Below, in pieces: positions 1 to 12,109 of a DNA stretch of 64,000 nt; positions within the stretch are counted from its first letter, which is position 1; every line of letters begins with the position of its first letter. The notes beneath the pieces are model-generated. The model saw only the letters and a program-made list of their open reading frames with translations. It made no database searches and was not told the DNA's origin. The DNA is from Octopus sinensis. Taxonomy: Eukaryota. The translations under genes were made by a program, and so were the position numbers. The stretch lies in assembly GCF_006345805.1 (NCBI RefSeq), contig NC_043000.1, positions 111,600,001 through 111,664,000 of the forward strand, written 5' to 3'.

Positions 1-210
1 AATACCTGTCAGTCTGAATTTTCAGAAAAAGAGATCAACCAACTGATTCGCATATTACAAATGCAATCTTTAAGTGGAACAATAAAAATATTTAAGACTT
101 TCCTCAGGTTTAAAATGTGACATTGTTTTCGTTATCTACATTCCATCGATGGAGCTTTGTATCTTTCCTAGAAACCAGCTCCTTCTTCAGACGAAGAATT
201 TAAATGATTA
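1..210 (+). mobile_element. R4/Dong-clade (RLE) non-LTR retrotransposon 3' fragment
   Basis: Translates as ...FSEKEINQLIRILQMQSLSGTIKIFKTFLRFKM*, followed by a 3' UTR homologous to 352-598. Confidence 0.7.
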
Positions 211-351
211 AAAACAGAAGAGACAGACAGACAGGCACACAGACAGATAGGCAGACTGAAAGGCAGACAGACAGACATATACATAGATAGACAGGCAGAT
301 AGACAGATAGTCAGATAAATATAGACATATATGCGCACGCGCGTGCGTTCT

Positions 352-598
352 CTTTTGTTTATAATTATCTAAATTCTTCCTCTCTGAGGAAGGAACTGCT
401 TTCAAACAAAAATACAAAGCTCCAAAGTTGGAATGTAAGATAACAAAAACAATGTCACTCTTGAAACTTGAGAAAAGTCTTGCATATTTTAATATTGTTT
501 AGTGTTCCACTTAAAGATTGTGTTTTGTAATGTCCGTATTAGCTGGTTAATTTATTTTTCTAAAAATCGTAGCTTACCCAGATTTTCACTTTGGCATG
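352..598 (-). mobile_element. R4/Dong-clade 3' fragment, inverted relative to 1-210
   Basis: Diverged reverse complement of 1-210. Its 5' truncation abuts the (TATG)n array at 590-886. Confidence 0.7.
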
Positions 599-886
599 TA
601 GGTACGCATGTATGCATGTACGCATGTTTGAATGTATGCATGCACGCATGTATGTATGTATGTATGTATGTAGTATGATGTATGTATGTATGTATGTATG
701 TAGTGTATGTATGTATGCATGTATAGGTATGTATGTATGTATGTATGTATGTATGTATGTTATGTATGTATGTATGCATGCATGTAGTATGTATGTATGT
801 ATGTATGTATGCATGTATGCATGTATGTATGTATGTATGTATGTATGTATGTATATATGTCTGCATGCAGGTATGTATGTATGTCA
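590..886. repeat. (TATG)n microsatellite
   Basis: Direct inspection. Confidence 0.95.
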
Positions 887-1733
887 TTATTCAGTTTCAT
901 TTCAAGATCTCTTGCCAATAGAGAATGATCCGGTTTCCAACCTAGATCCAAGACTCCATCACTGGAATTTCAACATCAACAACAAGGTATTTGTGCATGT
1001 ATGTGTGTACATGTGCGGTATTTGGAGTTAGGGCGTGTGCAGATTTGTATGTTTTATTCTATGTATGTATTCTCATGCATATAGTTGCATATCCCGACAT
1101 GCTCTTATGTATTTAAATGATAAACTTCTGGAAAGTTTTACAGATCTTTACAGTTCCAGTTATGGCTTGGATCTGTAGTCTTCGAATCAGCTTTCTCTTT
1201 TCTAGTTTTAAGAAACCTAATTTCTCAAGACGGGTATTTAGACAGTGTGTTGCATATCCCAGTGCCCCAATAATTACAGGTACAAACATGAACTTGTAAC
1301 CTGAGTAGAGTAACTGTAGATTTCTCAATAGTCCGGCGTAGGTATTTTCTTTTTCGCTGATCCACAGCTTTATGTTCACATCCGCTGGACAGCTGATTTC
1401 CACAACTGTACGCAGTTTCACTTCCTATCCCAAATCACTAAGTCAGATCTACTATGCTTACATTTTATTGACGTTTTCACTTGGACATTCCACTAGTACT
1501 CCTTATTATGAGTGGCTATATCCTCTACCATACAGTGGGTTCTTATTTCTTAGATTTAAGGGTTATCCTTCCGACGGATCTTATACAGTATTCTGGCTAC
1601 AACATCATGTCTCATCGGTAGATAATACCGCAATGACATTTTTGGACAACTGCTTATGATGTGGGTGATATCTTCAGTGTTACCTCCACGAAATCTGCAT
1701 CGGTTATCACATTTTGATGTTTTCCATACGTCT
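885..1733 (-). mobile_element. 5'-truncated R4/Dong-clade LINE (zinc knuckle plus RLE domain), flanked by (CATA)n
   Basis: Interrupted translation [34 protein letters not shown]...VVEISCPADVNIKL..EKENTY..VPVIIGALGY..LQIQAITGTVKICKTFQKFII*. (TATG)n on both sides. Confidence 0.85.
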
Positions 1734-1802
1734 GTGTGTATGTATGTATGTATGTATGTATGTATGTATGTATGTATGTATGTATGTATGTATGTATGTA
1801 TG

Positions 1803-2135
1803 TTCTCTTTCTCTTTTTAATTTAGAATTAATTTTAACCGGTCACCTACTTGGTAGCAAGGTTGCGAAGGAAAGCATCTTGGTTTAATCATTTTTTATCC
1901 CTTAAGTCTTAAGGTCTTGCAGATTTTTAGAGTCCCAGATACCGTGATCATTTGTAGCATATGAATTAAGGATTTACGTTCTCTCCCCCAAATCCCAAAT
2001 TCAGCCATACTTTGGCTCCACGCGGTTTGGTATGTATCTAACAGCTGCCAGTTGGAAGTACATCTTGGATACAAGATTTGCGAACACCTTACCAATGATC
2101 CACAGAGGTCCTCCTTCAGTTTTGATCCTACTGCT
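1803..2135 (-). mobile_element. R4/Dong-clade 3' fragment, different subfamily
   Basis: KLKEDLCGSLVRCSQILYP...RERKSLIHMLQMITVSGTLKICKT. 3' end runs into (CATA)n at 1735-1802. Confidence 0.7.
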
Positions 2136-2543
2136 GTTAAAACAATCGACACAACCACCAACACCACTACCACGAATACCATCGCTGTTACTGCCACTAC
2201 TCCCACTACCAGAAAAACCACAACAGCCAATCATCACCACGACCACCACCACCAATATCAACGACAACACCTCATCTTCTGCGATTCCCAACAATCACCT
2301 GAAGACCATACTACTACCACCACTACTAATACTACTGCTACAACCAATACTAATACGATACAGCATCAGTACTAGAACCTACACCACCACTACTAGCACA
2401 ACTAATACCACCACCACTACCAGCACCGACATCACGACTACCATTACCACCCATTGACACCACTACTGCACCACCTCCGACATTACTACTACTACTACCT
2501 CCACCATTACCATCACCACCACCACCACCAACACCACCACCGA

Positions 2544-2575
<32 letters not shown>

Positions 2576-2700
2576 TACTACTACTACTACTAGCTACTAC
2601 TGCTGCTGCTGCTGCTGCGACCATCAGCACCGCCACCACCACCACCACCGACACTACTACTACTACTGCTGCTACCATGACCGCAACCACCTCCTTATGT
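2135..2700. repeat. Compound (CAC/TAC/TGC)n trinucleotide array
   Basis: Direct inspection. Source of spurious poly-T/H/V ORFs. Confidence 0.9.
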
Positions 2701-2899
2701 TGTCAACAATGTTACAGACATGAGAAAATTACTTTGGAGAGGTTAAAACAATCTGGAAGTAATAATGGTGGGTGAAACGTGTTGTTGTTCAGTCTGACAT
2801 GGAGACTTCGTCGCATTACAAATGCCACACCGTCGCACAACCAGCGACATCACGTTTACAACATACACACACATGCAGATGCAGTTGTACAACGATTGC

Positions 2900-2943
<44 letters not shown>

Positions 2944-3177
2944 TACAAGATATATACATAATAATACATATATATATATATATTATATGATATATAATAT
3001 CTTATATCTTATATATATATATATATATATATATATGATATTAACATACACATCCGACATACATACATACATATATAATATATTAATTATATATATCTAT
3101 ATATATATATAACTACATAATATACATATATATATACATACATACATATATAGATTTACATATATATATATACAATA

Positions 3178-4510
3178 CAGGGTGTTCCAAAAGAAACAGT
3201 GCACTGAACACAAGAAAGGATATTTATAGTTGAAAATGTTTCCCAAAAAGATTTTAAATATTATAAGATAATTAGATATCTAAATTTAGTATTATATTAA
3301 TATTCTTTTGTTCAGGAACCCTTTGAAAATGGTGCTTACCTTACAAGAAAGGATATTTATTGTTGAAATGTTTCCGAGATGGTGGCATACACAAAAGAAG
3401 TGCAAGAGTCATTTCAAGAAAAATTTGGTGCAGAACGTTGCCGCATCGAAATTGTGTTTCCGCTTTGTGTATAAGTTCAAAAAAAACTGAAGTGTCAAGA
3501 CAAACCAAAAAGTGGCCGCCCAAAATCGTAAGAAAAGATACAGTCTTACAGAATGTTACCAACAAACTGGAGAGGAGCCCACGAAAGTCTTTGAGGGTTT
3601 GTCTCAAGAAACTAGGATATCTCTAACATCAACTCACCGAGCAGTGCATCAACTTAAATTCTTCCATATAAAGTGCATGTTGTTCATGAAATGAAGCTCA
3701 GGATTCAGAAAAGCGCGTATCTTCTGTCGGTGGTTTGAAACTTTTTCTAGAGAAAGGTGACAACATTTTAAACCATACATCTTCAGTGATGGAAGCATGG
3801 TTCCATTTGTCGGTACAGAACAGTCAGAACTCTAGAGAGTGGTATACAATAAATCCTCATGCTCTGTTTCATGAAACCACTCCACGATCAAAAAGTTGGT
3901 GTTGGTGTGCTTTGTCAAGGCGGCCGTATAAATTGACCTATCTTTTTTGAAAACACCATCACATCTGAGTTGTTACATTCATAACATCCTGGAGCCATTT
4001 GATCAACTGACGGAGCAAGAAAAGCAACAAGGCTGGTTCCAGCAAGATGGTGTGCAAATACATACGGCTAGTGTCAGTATGGCTGCAGTTGGTGATGTCT
4101 TTGGGGATCGTGGTGTGATCTCTCGTGTTTGTGGCCACCTCGATCACCGGTTAACACCCTGACTTTATTTTGTGGGGCAAATTGAAAGACTCAGTGTATG
4201 CAGACAATCCTCGAAACTACGGATGAAACTGAAGCAGAAAATACAAGTGATTCAAACATCAAACTGATGAACTGAGGTGGTTTTTCAAAACACGCAGCGT
4301 CGCCTCGTTTATGTCTGCAGGAGGTGAATGGCGCACACTTTCAACAGTGATTGTAGATTCATTCTTACTGCACGAGTCATCCTCATCGTATTTAGTTGAT
4401 AAGGTATTGAATTTGTGATATTTGCAATAAATAGTATTTTTCTGTGTGAGTTTTGTTTCTTTGGGTATTAGCATATTCCGACTGCACGGTTTTTCTTTTG
4501 GAACACCCTG
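3178..4510 (+). mobile_element. Decayed full-length Tc1/mariner-superfamily element (maT/rosa-like DDxD transposase)
   Basis: TIRs CAGGGTGTTCCAAAAG / CTTTTGGAACACCCTG with TA on both sides. Frameshifted transposase with MVLTLQERIFIVE, EAWFHL, WFQQDG and a WPPRSP-like motif. Confidence 0.9.
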
Positions 4511-4517
4511 TATATTA

Positions 4518-4548
<31 letters not shown>

Positions 4549-4639
4549 TATATATATATACTATATATATATATATATAGCATACATATATATATGTCTG
4601 TGAGTATATTATGTGTGGTGTGTGGTGGTGTGTGTGTGT

Positions 4640-4995
4640 GTATGTGCGTGTGTGTATGCATATATGGGTACAGGATGTGACCAATAGTAAACAACATGAA
4701 ATACGAAAATGAGTAAATGAGTTAAACAACGAGAGAAACAAATGGGAAACAGGACAAGTAACACAAAAAACGACCCTTCATCAGTTGTCAGCTGTCTATC
4801 TACTCCTCATATCGAGTATCGAACGACAATATGAGTCTTCAGTCTGTTGCATGGTTACCCATTTACAGCTGAGTGGCCTGGAGCAACGTGAAATGAAGTG
4901 TTTTGCTCAAGAACACAATGCACCGCTTGAATGGGGATCGAAACCACGATATTGCGATCGTCAGTGCAACACCCTAACCGTTAGGCCACGCGCCT
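4640..4995 (-). mobile_element. tRNA-derived SINE (family D)
   Basis: Head GGCGCGTGGCCTAACGGTTAG...GGTTTCGATCC, followed by cttgagcaaaacacttcatttcacgttgctcc. Homologous to 49545-49700 and 40425-40520. Confidence 0.7.
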
Positions 4996-6164
4996 TCGTG
5001 AGAACATCAGATGTCGTTGGGTTTATTCCAGTTCTTTGAATTCCGAGTTCAAATCCCGCCGTATCTAAATGGGTGATAGAATTAATCTGTCACCCAATTT
5101 AACTCAGACCCTCGCCCTACCCTGGGCACCTTGGATGCCTTCAGCGAAGTCTACTTCGGGACAGGTCTCTGGTTTCAGGATACCTCCCTTCCTCAGACTT
5201 GCCTCAGTCATCCGGCAAAGGATTACGGCCCCTGCGTCCCTTCCCGAGTAAAAGGTAACCAAAATTACAACAGCTGAAAATAATAATAAGCTAACGAGAA
5301 AAAAAAATTTATATATGGTCACGTGAGAGCAAGAAAAAGAAACCAATCACATCCTGCTGTCATAAAAAAGGCTGTATGGTCATTGCTGGAACGTCTTTAA
5401 TCGTAGGTTGTTTGCTTGTTAAGGATAGTCTTGGGACTTAATAACAACAGCCTAAAACAAACCATGAGCCTTTTGCTTTCCTGCTTTCCTTTCCTGCTTT
5501 CCTTCCTTGCTCTTTCTTCCGTCTCCTCTTCCCACTCCTCTGTCTCTCGGTGTCGGCTGTCTCCTGGCTCTTGTTATTTTAGACACCCGACATCCATTAA
5601 CCCGCCAATATAAAACGACGACCTGACATTGTCGAAACACAACGAAACAGGAGAAAGCGTCCGCTTTGTTGTTTTACTGGCGCAGTCGAAATCGAGCCGG
5701 ATAAAAAGAAACCATTACCCAACCCGTCTCAGCACAACCACACACACACACATACACATTCTATCTCTCCCTCTCACACACACACACACACACTCACACT
5801 CACACGCACGCACACATACCTACACATGCTCACACTGTGGTGCTTGACCGATGGTCGGCCGGACGGCACGACGCCAAGACCAATAGATTGTAGCCTGTTT
5901 GAAAGCAGGACATTTCAAATCTATTGGTTAAACGTATCAACTCGACATTATGTATGTATGTATGTATGTATGTATGTATGTATGTATGTATGTATGTATG
6001 TATGTATGTATGTATGTATGTATGTATGCGTGTGTGTATGTATGTATAGATGGATGGATGTGTGTGTGTGTTTTTTTAAATGTATGTATGTGTATATATA
6101 TATAGATAGATATATAGATAGATAGATATAAATGTATGTGTGTTTGTGTGTATATATATATATA

Positions 6165-6195
<31 letters not shown>

Positions 6196-6216
6196 ATGTA
6201 TAACTACATATATATT

Positions 6217-6263
<47 letters not shown>

Positions 6264-6294
6264 TCACATAAACATTGTATGTATGTGTATATAT

Positions 6295-7778
6295 TAGGAG
6301 ATGGGCTAAATAATGGAAGCATCACTTCTAATTTAACTATTTTTTTCTCTATTGGCAAAATGACAAATTCAAAACTGTTCTAGTTTGTATCTAATTGTTC
6401 CTATGTATTATGTATGCCTGCCTTGTACTTTCATGTCTGTTTTTATTTTATTTTTTGTCTTTTATTGTTTCTTATTTTGCAGATGTTTTTTTTTTTAATA
6501 TTTAAATAAGTTAAAATGCGTGACCGATCTGATTTCGAAAGAGGATAAATTGTTGGCGCGAGAATGGCCGGAGTTCCAGTCACCAAAACTGTTGAATTGT
6601 TTTATGTTTGCAGAGATACAGTCTCCAAAATCGTTTTGGTATTCCAAAACCAAGGTAAAACCAGCTCTGGGGGGAACAATTGTGGAGAGAACGTGAATTT
6701 CATAAAGGGAGACTGCAGAACCGTAAAACGTACCAGCAAAAATGACAACAGAGTCAAGCCATCAGTTTGCCAACATGCGTGTTAATCAGAAACATTTGCC
6801 GTGAGCACCAGAGAGCTAATACACCAGGGGAGCGGGGAAGGTAGCAGTTGCGAAGCCCTTACTGTCTCCCATCGATATTTATTTCTTTATTGCCCACAAG
6901 GAGCTAAACATAGAGGGGACAAACAATGACAGACAAAGGGATTAAGTCGATTACATCGACTCCAGTGCGAAACTGATACTTTATTTATCGACCCCGAAAG
7001 GATGAACGGCAAAGTCGACCTCGGCGGAATTTGAACTCAGAACGTAACGGTAGACGAAATACCTATTTCTTTACTACCCACAAGGGGCTAAACACAAAAG
7101 GGGACAAACAAGGACAGACAAACAGATCAAGTCGATTACATCGACCCCTGTGCGTAAATGGGGCTTAATTTATCGACCCCGAAAGGATGAAAGGCAAAGT
7201 CGACCTCGGCGGAATTTGAACTCAGAACTGACGAAATACCGCTAAGCATTTTGCCCGGCGCGCTAACGTGTCTGCCATGATAAATGGGAAGTGCTGTCTT
7301 GACTATCAGAAATGATCAATGGCTCAAATGAAAATTACCATCTTCTCTGACAAATCATCGATCATCGTTTTCTCCCCACTTCGGTTCAAGTTCTTGTCTG
7401 GAGTTTGCCGTCAACCCTGATAGTTTGGTTCCTGCAGTGAAGCATGGAGGTAGATCTTTAATGGTTTGGGCAATCCTCCAGGATGGTAATGCAAAATTTA
7501 TTCAAAATTGGTATGAAGAACACAAAAGTGAAAGAGATCAACTTGGATTGGACCCAAAATTCATCGGATTTCGATATAACCAAACATATTGGAACCCTCT
7601 GCCATTGTTGCTTTACTTGAAGCATAGCTTAAAATCCCCTTAACAACTGTGCAGGACCTGTATGAATCAATTCCTTGATGTATTAAAAGTGTGATTGATG
7701 CCAAAGGTGGATCAACTTTGTATTAGATAATAAAACTTTCATTTAACAATGCATTTCCATTATTTTATTCAATCCCTG
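6295..7778 (+). mobile_element. Decayed Tc1 element interrupted by two SINEs
   Basis: MRDRSDFERG*IVGARMAGVPVTKTVEL..., later VPAVKHGGRSLMVWA and VIDAKGGSTLY*. Degenerate TIRs (taaataatggaag / ttccattattttattcaatccctg). Confidence 0.8.
6881..7276 (-). mobile_element. Head-to-tail pair of family-A tRNA SINEs
   Basis: Two copies of the ctcagaac / gaggtcgactttgcctttcatcctttcggggtcgataaa body, joined at gaaatacc|tatttc (7063/7064). Confidence 0.9.
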
Positions 7779-7816
7779 CATATAAAATTGTAGTTTGCTT
7801 CAATCATTTCTGAATA

Positions 7817-8285
7817 CAATAGTACCTCGTATTTTTTTTTAACAACTCTGATCACGATTAAATCGTGCTTTATATATATATATATATATGAAATAAAATA
7901 CAAAATGGGACAAAAACGCAAAACATCCGGACAACTAGGTGATACAAAAAGGGACAACAAAACATCCAGATAGACGATACAAAAAAACACGGACGGGTCA
8001 TTTGTGGTCCCTTTTTGTATCATTTAGTTGTCCAGATGTTTTGCGTTCTTATCCCATTTTGTATTTTATTTTATACATATATATAGCGGCGTACATACAC
8101 TTTTTTCTCTTATATATATATATATATATATATATATGGGTAAAGATATATAAAAAGCACGATTTATTTGTGATCAGAGGCGTTCGTAAACCGAGGTACT
8201 ACTGTATTAAATGAATATGAGAAAGACAGGAGATAAAGTACGATTTATTCGTGATCAGAGTTGTTCGTAAACCGAGGTTCTACTG
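7817..8285. mobile_element. Tigger/pogo-like MITE (7817-8204) with a duplicated right TIR (8237-8285)
   Basis: TA-CA(A)TAGTACCTCG...gatcacgattaaatcgtgcttt, mirrored at 8155-8204 (CGAGGTACTACTG-TA) and again ending at 8285. Confidence 0.8.
7891..8071. mobile_element. Palindromic (fold-back) MITE in (TA)n, nested in the Tigger-like MITE
   Basis: aaataaaatacaaaatgggacaaaaacgcaaaacatccggacaact...gatacaaaaaggga mirrored by tccctttttgtatcatttagttgtccagatgttttgcg...cccattttgtattttattt. Confidence 0.8.
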
Positions 8286-8932
8286 TATATAGAAAATCCA
8301 TGTTAAAGGCGGTTATATAGCAATGTGGATAAAATATTAAATATCCATAATAATAACAAAGATATTGGAATGCTTATGCTACGTTAGACTTATCTAAGTG
8401 GTCTCGATATTTTTAGTTAAAATACGCCTTTTCAACGTGCTAAAAGAACAAGAAAGTAATACATCCGTTAGCTTGATTTACCAGTCCTCTGTGTAAATAA
8501 AAAGATGAGGAATATCAGACTCTTGTTTGAGTTCCATGGTCTGTTATACGTATGAGAAAAATTAGATCGGATATTGTCATAGTATGGAAAGTGAAACAGT
8601 CACTACTGTATGCATGTATATTCAGCGGTCTTCTCTGAAAAGCCTTATGTTGTAAGTACGAAACATTGAATACCCTCGCCTCAAATATAGCTGCCTTATT
8701 GCGCATTACACTCAAGGAAATCATTTCTTTTGGTCTCAAATCAGACATAATGCCTCTCCTTATTGGGCTCCTTCATCTTCCTCCTTTATCGCGGTCCTTT
8801 ACGGCTTTTATTTATCATCAACACTTTGAACTCTCTTTGCTACACTTTGTCACAAATCTCCGCGAAATTGCAACCTAGTTTTTAAAAAGGTGAAGAGACA
8901 TGCACATCGAGAATTATGTAGTCCTGGATAGA

Positions 8933-8938
8933 TTATAC
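8933..8938 (-). CDS. Probable terminal exon coding part (V-stop), followed by 3' UTR
   Basis: Acceptor cccattttgtttcag|GTA TAA. Minus-strand AATAAA at 8807-8812. A weaker alternative acceptor at 8874 gives VAISRRFVTKCSKESSKC*. Either choice ends the protein here. Confidence 0.45.
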   Translation of the reverse strand, partial: V

Positions 8939-9151
8939 CTGAAACAAAATGGGTTGATCACAGCTAGAACGCTTTTGAACACAAGCCTCCTTGATCATGG
9001 TTTATTTACGACTTAACAACACAGTAACAATGATTTGGGTTTGTGTATGCACATATATATGTATGCTTGTAAATATATCGAATGTATGTATGTTATGCAT
9101 GCGTGTATATATGTATATATATGTGTGTAAGTGTTTACGTATGTATATACA

Positions 9152-9723
9152 CAGACATGCAGGAAGTAAATTGACGCCTTTAATTTTCAAAATTTATGAC
9201 CTAAGCGTCTTAATGTTTTCAGCGGTGTAGAATTTACAATGTAATTATTCCTTTTCATTCCAGGTGCCATTATATTAAACATTTGCGAAGAGTAACCATG
9301 CCACGCACAAAAAATTCAACAGAACTGTCAGATTTTCAAAGGGGTCGTGTTGTTGGGTAATGTGAGTCAGGTCTTAGCGAGCAAAAATTTGCCAAAAATC
9401 TTCAAATTCCTCTTGCTACTGTTAATAGAATTATAGTGCAATTCAAAAGCCAAGGAAAAGAATCAACAGATCTTCATCCCGGCCGACCTGGGCCCTCGGA
9501 AAGGAAGCTTTGCTGTTTGAAGTGAATTGTAGAAAACGAACCCCGTTTGAAGGCTTCTGACATTGCAAAACAGCTAGAAGTTAGTCCAAGAACGTGTGTT
9601 ACATATCTGCATAAGCTTGGGTATTATGGACGAGTAGCTAGACGAAAACTTCTCCTTCAACCAATTAATATCAAATGAAAGATTTTGAAAATTAAAGGTG
9701 TCTATTTACTTCCTGCATGTCTG
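9152..9723 (+). mobile_element. Internally deleted Tc1 element in the last intron of the host gene
   Basis: About 40-bp TIRs cagacatgcaggaagtaaat(t/a)gac(g/a)cctttaattttcaaaat. N-terminal transposase MPRTKNSTELSDFQRGRVVG*...GRPG...YGRVARRK from 9298. Confidence 0.85.
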
Positions 9724-9787
9724 TATCTTCTATGTGTATAAAAATACAAAGATCAAATCTGGAAGGTCAAAGGTAACAAGCACATAC

Positions 9788-9874
9788 CAATTCAAATGTA
9801 GTCCCAGAAGGTTCTGCGGGAAGAGCAATAACCACAGCTCCATTTTCTTTGTCTTGGTAACATCTCTCTACACC
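9788..9874 (-). CDS. Next coding exon of the same gene
   Basis: Acceptor ttaaattttcccttgcag|, donor TTG|gtatgt. 87 nt, phase 0 to 0, GVERCYQDKENGAVVIALPAEPSGTTFEL. Phase-compatible with the exon at 11595-11812. Confidence 0.72.
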
Positions 9875-10303
9875 CTGCAAGGGAAAATTTAATAAAAAAA
9901 CACTACAGTGAATTTGATTTTTGGCGGCAGGGAAACAATTCCGGACATGTTCCATTGTTATTTGACCTCGTTAGTGAGACATACTTATATACAACTAAAT
10001 CTTACACAAAAATTTACTAAGAGAAGGCCAATGGCATGTCTTTGAACAACACAAATATAGGTATATCAAATACCATGTAACATAAATTCTTGATTTATTA
10101 AAACTATCTCCACCCCTAGAGGATGTATCATAATTACCAAATAGCAATTAAGACCAGCTCCATTTGAGAAGGGGATATAATTTGAAGATTCAAGAATTCT
10201 TCAGAGTTGACATGCCATAAAGGAAAAGGTCCAGCTTAATGCCTGGAAATGAAAGGACGGTGGTTCTCTTCTTACATTTCTGGTGTTGAGGGAGCTCAAT
10301 GAA

Positions 10304-10335
<32 letters not shown>

Positions 10336-10996
10336 AGTAATGATGATGATGATGATGATGATGAGAGTAGCAGAAGTAGCGGTGGTGGCGGTGGCGGCGA
10401 CGACGACAATGACAACGATCATGATAATGAGGATGATGACTGAGTAGGTGGTGGGTGTTGTTGTTGTTGTTGTGTGGTGGTGTGGTGGGTGGTGGTGGTG
10501 GTGGCGACGACGAACATGATGATGAAGATACTGATGACGAAGAACACAGTGATGAAGAGGATGGTGGTAGTAAATTATAAGATGAATAATGATGGTAATG
10601 GTGATGATGATAATGATGATGGTGATGATGATGATAATGATGTCCCTCCTCTATATGCGTATAAATCTAATTAATAATCTTCTCCCTAATGACTTTAGTG
10701 GTTGTTAACTCTGCTTAATTATCAATTATTGCTTTAATCTCCGCTTCAAATTAAATCAGATTTTATTGATTTTCAAGGTTTTTTAGTTTTTATTTGCTGG
10801 GCTCTTTTGGAAATCAATTCTTCATACAATATGTTTATAATAATATTTTTATAATTTTTCCTTTTAATGTTCTGTTTCTAAGAAATAAGGTATAATTGCT
10901 TCTCTTGCCACACACACACACAAGCACACCATACACACACACACACACACACTCACACACATACACACACACACACACACAGATATCTATATATGA

Positions 10997-11035
<39 letters not shown>

Positions 11036-11445
11036 CAGTGAGAGGAACAGAGAGAGAAACAGAGAGACATATATATGAACGCACACACACACACATTATA
11101 TGTTGTTAAATGCTCGAAATACGAGAGTAGGAAAACAGCCAACAACTGATGAAGGGTCGTTCTTTATGTTGTTTGATTTGTTGTCCATTTGTGCCTTTTG
11201 CTGTTAGAAAAAATAGCTCATATTCTATGTACTCGTGCTTCGTATTTCTTGTTGTACTCGTATCATGACGTCCTGTGCCCACATATGCATATTATATATG
11301 TATGTATATATATATATATAATATATATATATATATTATATAATATATATATATATATATGTATGTATGTATGTATGATTATGTACATATACGTATGTAT
11401 ATATGCATATATATATATATATATATATGCATATATTATTTATGC

Positions 11446-11488
<43 letters not shown>

Positions 11489-11594
11489 TGTGTTTGAATG
11501 TGTATCTCTCTCTTCTCTCCCTCCCCCGTCTTTCTTTCACACACACACATGCATGCACATACGCACACACACGCAATTGAACGTGGTTCTCTAC

Positions 11595-11812
11595 CTGAAT
11601 ACTGTTGATTTTCTCTTTAAATAGCTGTCCTTCACGTGCTACGAAAATCTCGTGGTCTTTCAACGAGATTTGACTCCGACTTAAATTCAAGCTGATGGAT
11701 GTCGTAGTGGTGGTCACATTGAATGCCAGACTTTCGCTGATGTTCCCGCCATGACTACTGCTGCCGTTGTTCACGTCTTTATCACTTCCCATGTAAGTCA
11801 CATCCACATAGT
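11595..11812 (-). CDS. Internal coding exon of an unidentified protein (likely extracellular/luminal domain)
   Basis: Acceptor cctaacttttactttcag| (branch-like CTAAC plus pyrimidine tract), donor CAG|gtagag. 218 nt, phase 1 to 0, open: YVDVTYMGSDKDVNNGSSSHGGNISESLAFNVTTTTTSISLNLSRSQISLKDHEIFVAREGQLFKEKINSIQ. Non-repetitive, with four N-x-S/T sequons (NGS, NIS, NVT, NLS). Confidence 0.72.
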
Positions 11813-11864
11813 CTGAAAGTAAAAGTTAGGTCAAGTTAACGATGAACACATAACTGCCAATACA

Positions 11865-12005
11865 TTTCAATGTTCCGCCGAGGTCGACTTTACCTTTCAT
11901 CCTTTCGGGGTCGATAAATTAACTACCAGTTGCGTACTGGGGTCGATCAAATTAACTGGCCCTCTCCCCCCAAATTTTTGGGCCTTGAGCCTAGAGTAGA
12001 AAAGA
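11865..12005 (+). mobile_element. 5'-truncated family-A SINE (variant tail)
   Basis: ccgccgaggtcgactttacctttcatcctttcggggtcgataaatt body. Confidence 0.8.
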
Positions 12006-12109
12006 ATACATTTCAATGTTAAAACTTATCACATCTAAGCCAAATATATATTTAAGACTTGTTAGAAATAAAACGTGGAAGTTAAGACATATTATAAAAC
12101 TATCAGTAT

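Noticed and set aside
130-430. CTGAAGA/CTGAGGA plus a GGAGCT/AGCTCC stem antisense to the R4 3' UTRs as hammerheads
   Set aside because: Neither copy has GAAA after stem II, and the homologous UTR hairpin in sister subfamilies lacks the CTGA core.
5107-5254. Plus-strand exon (PRPTLGTLDAFSEVYFGTGLWFQ...) or HDV-like ribozyme
   Set aside because: No partner exons were found, and the P3 helix needed for an HDV fold cannot be formed. The minus-strand hammerhead reading explains the structure better.
11110-11170. caactgatgaagggtcg (also at about 4780, minus) as a type II hammerhead
   Set aside because: The UH site and stem III are not conserved between the two copies.
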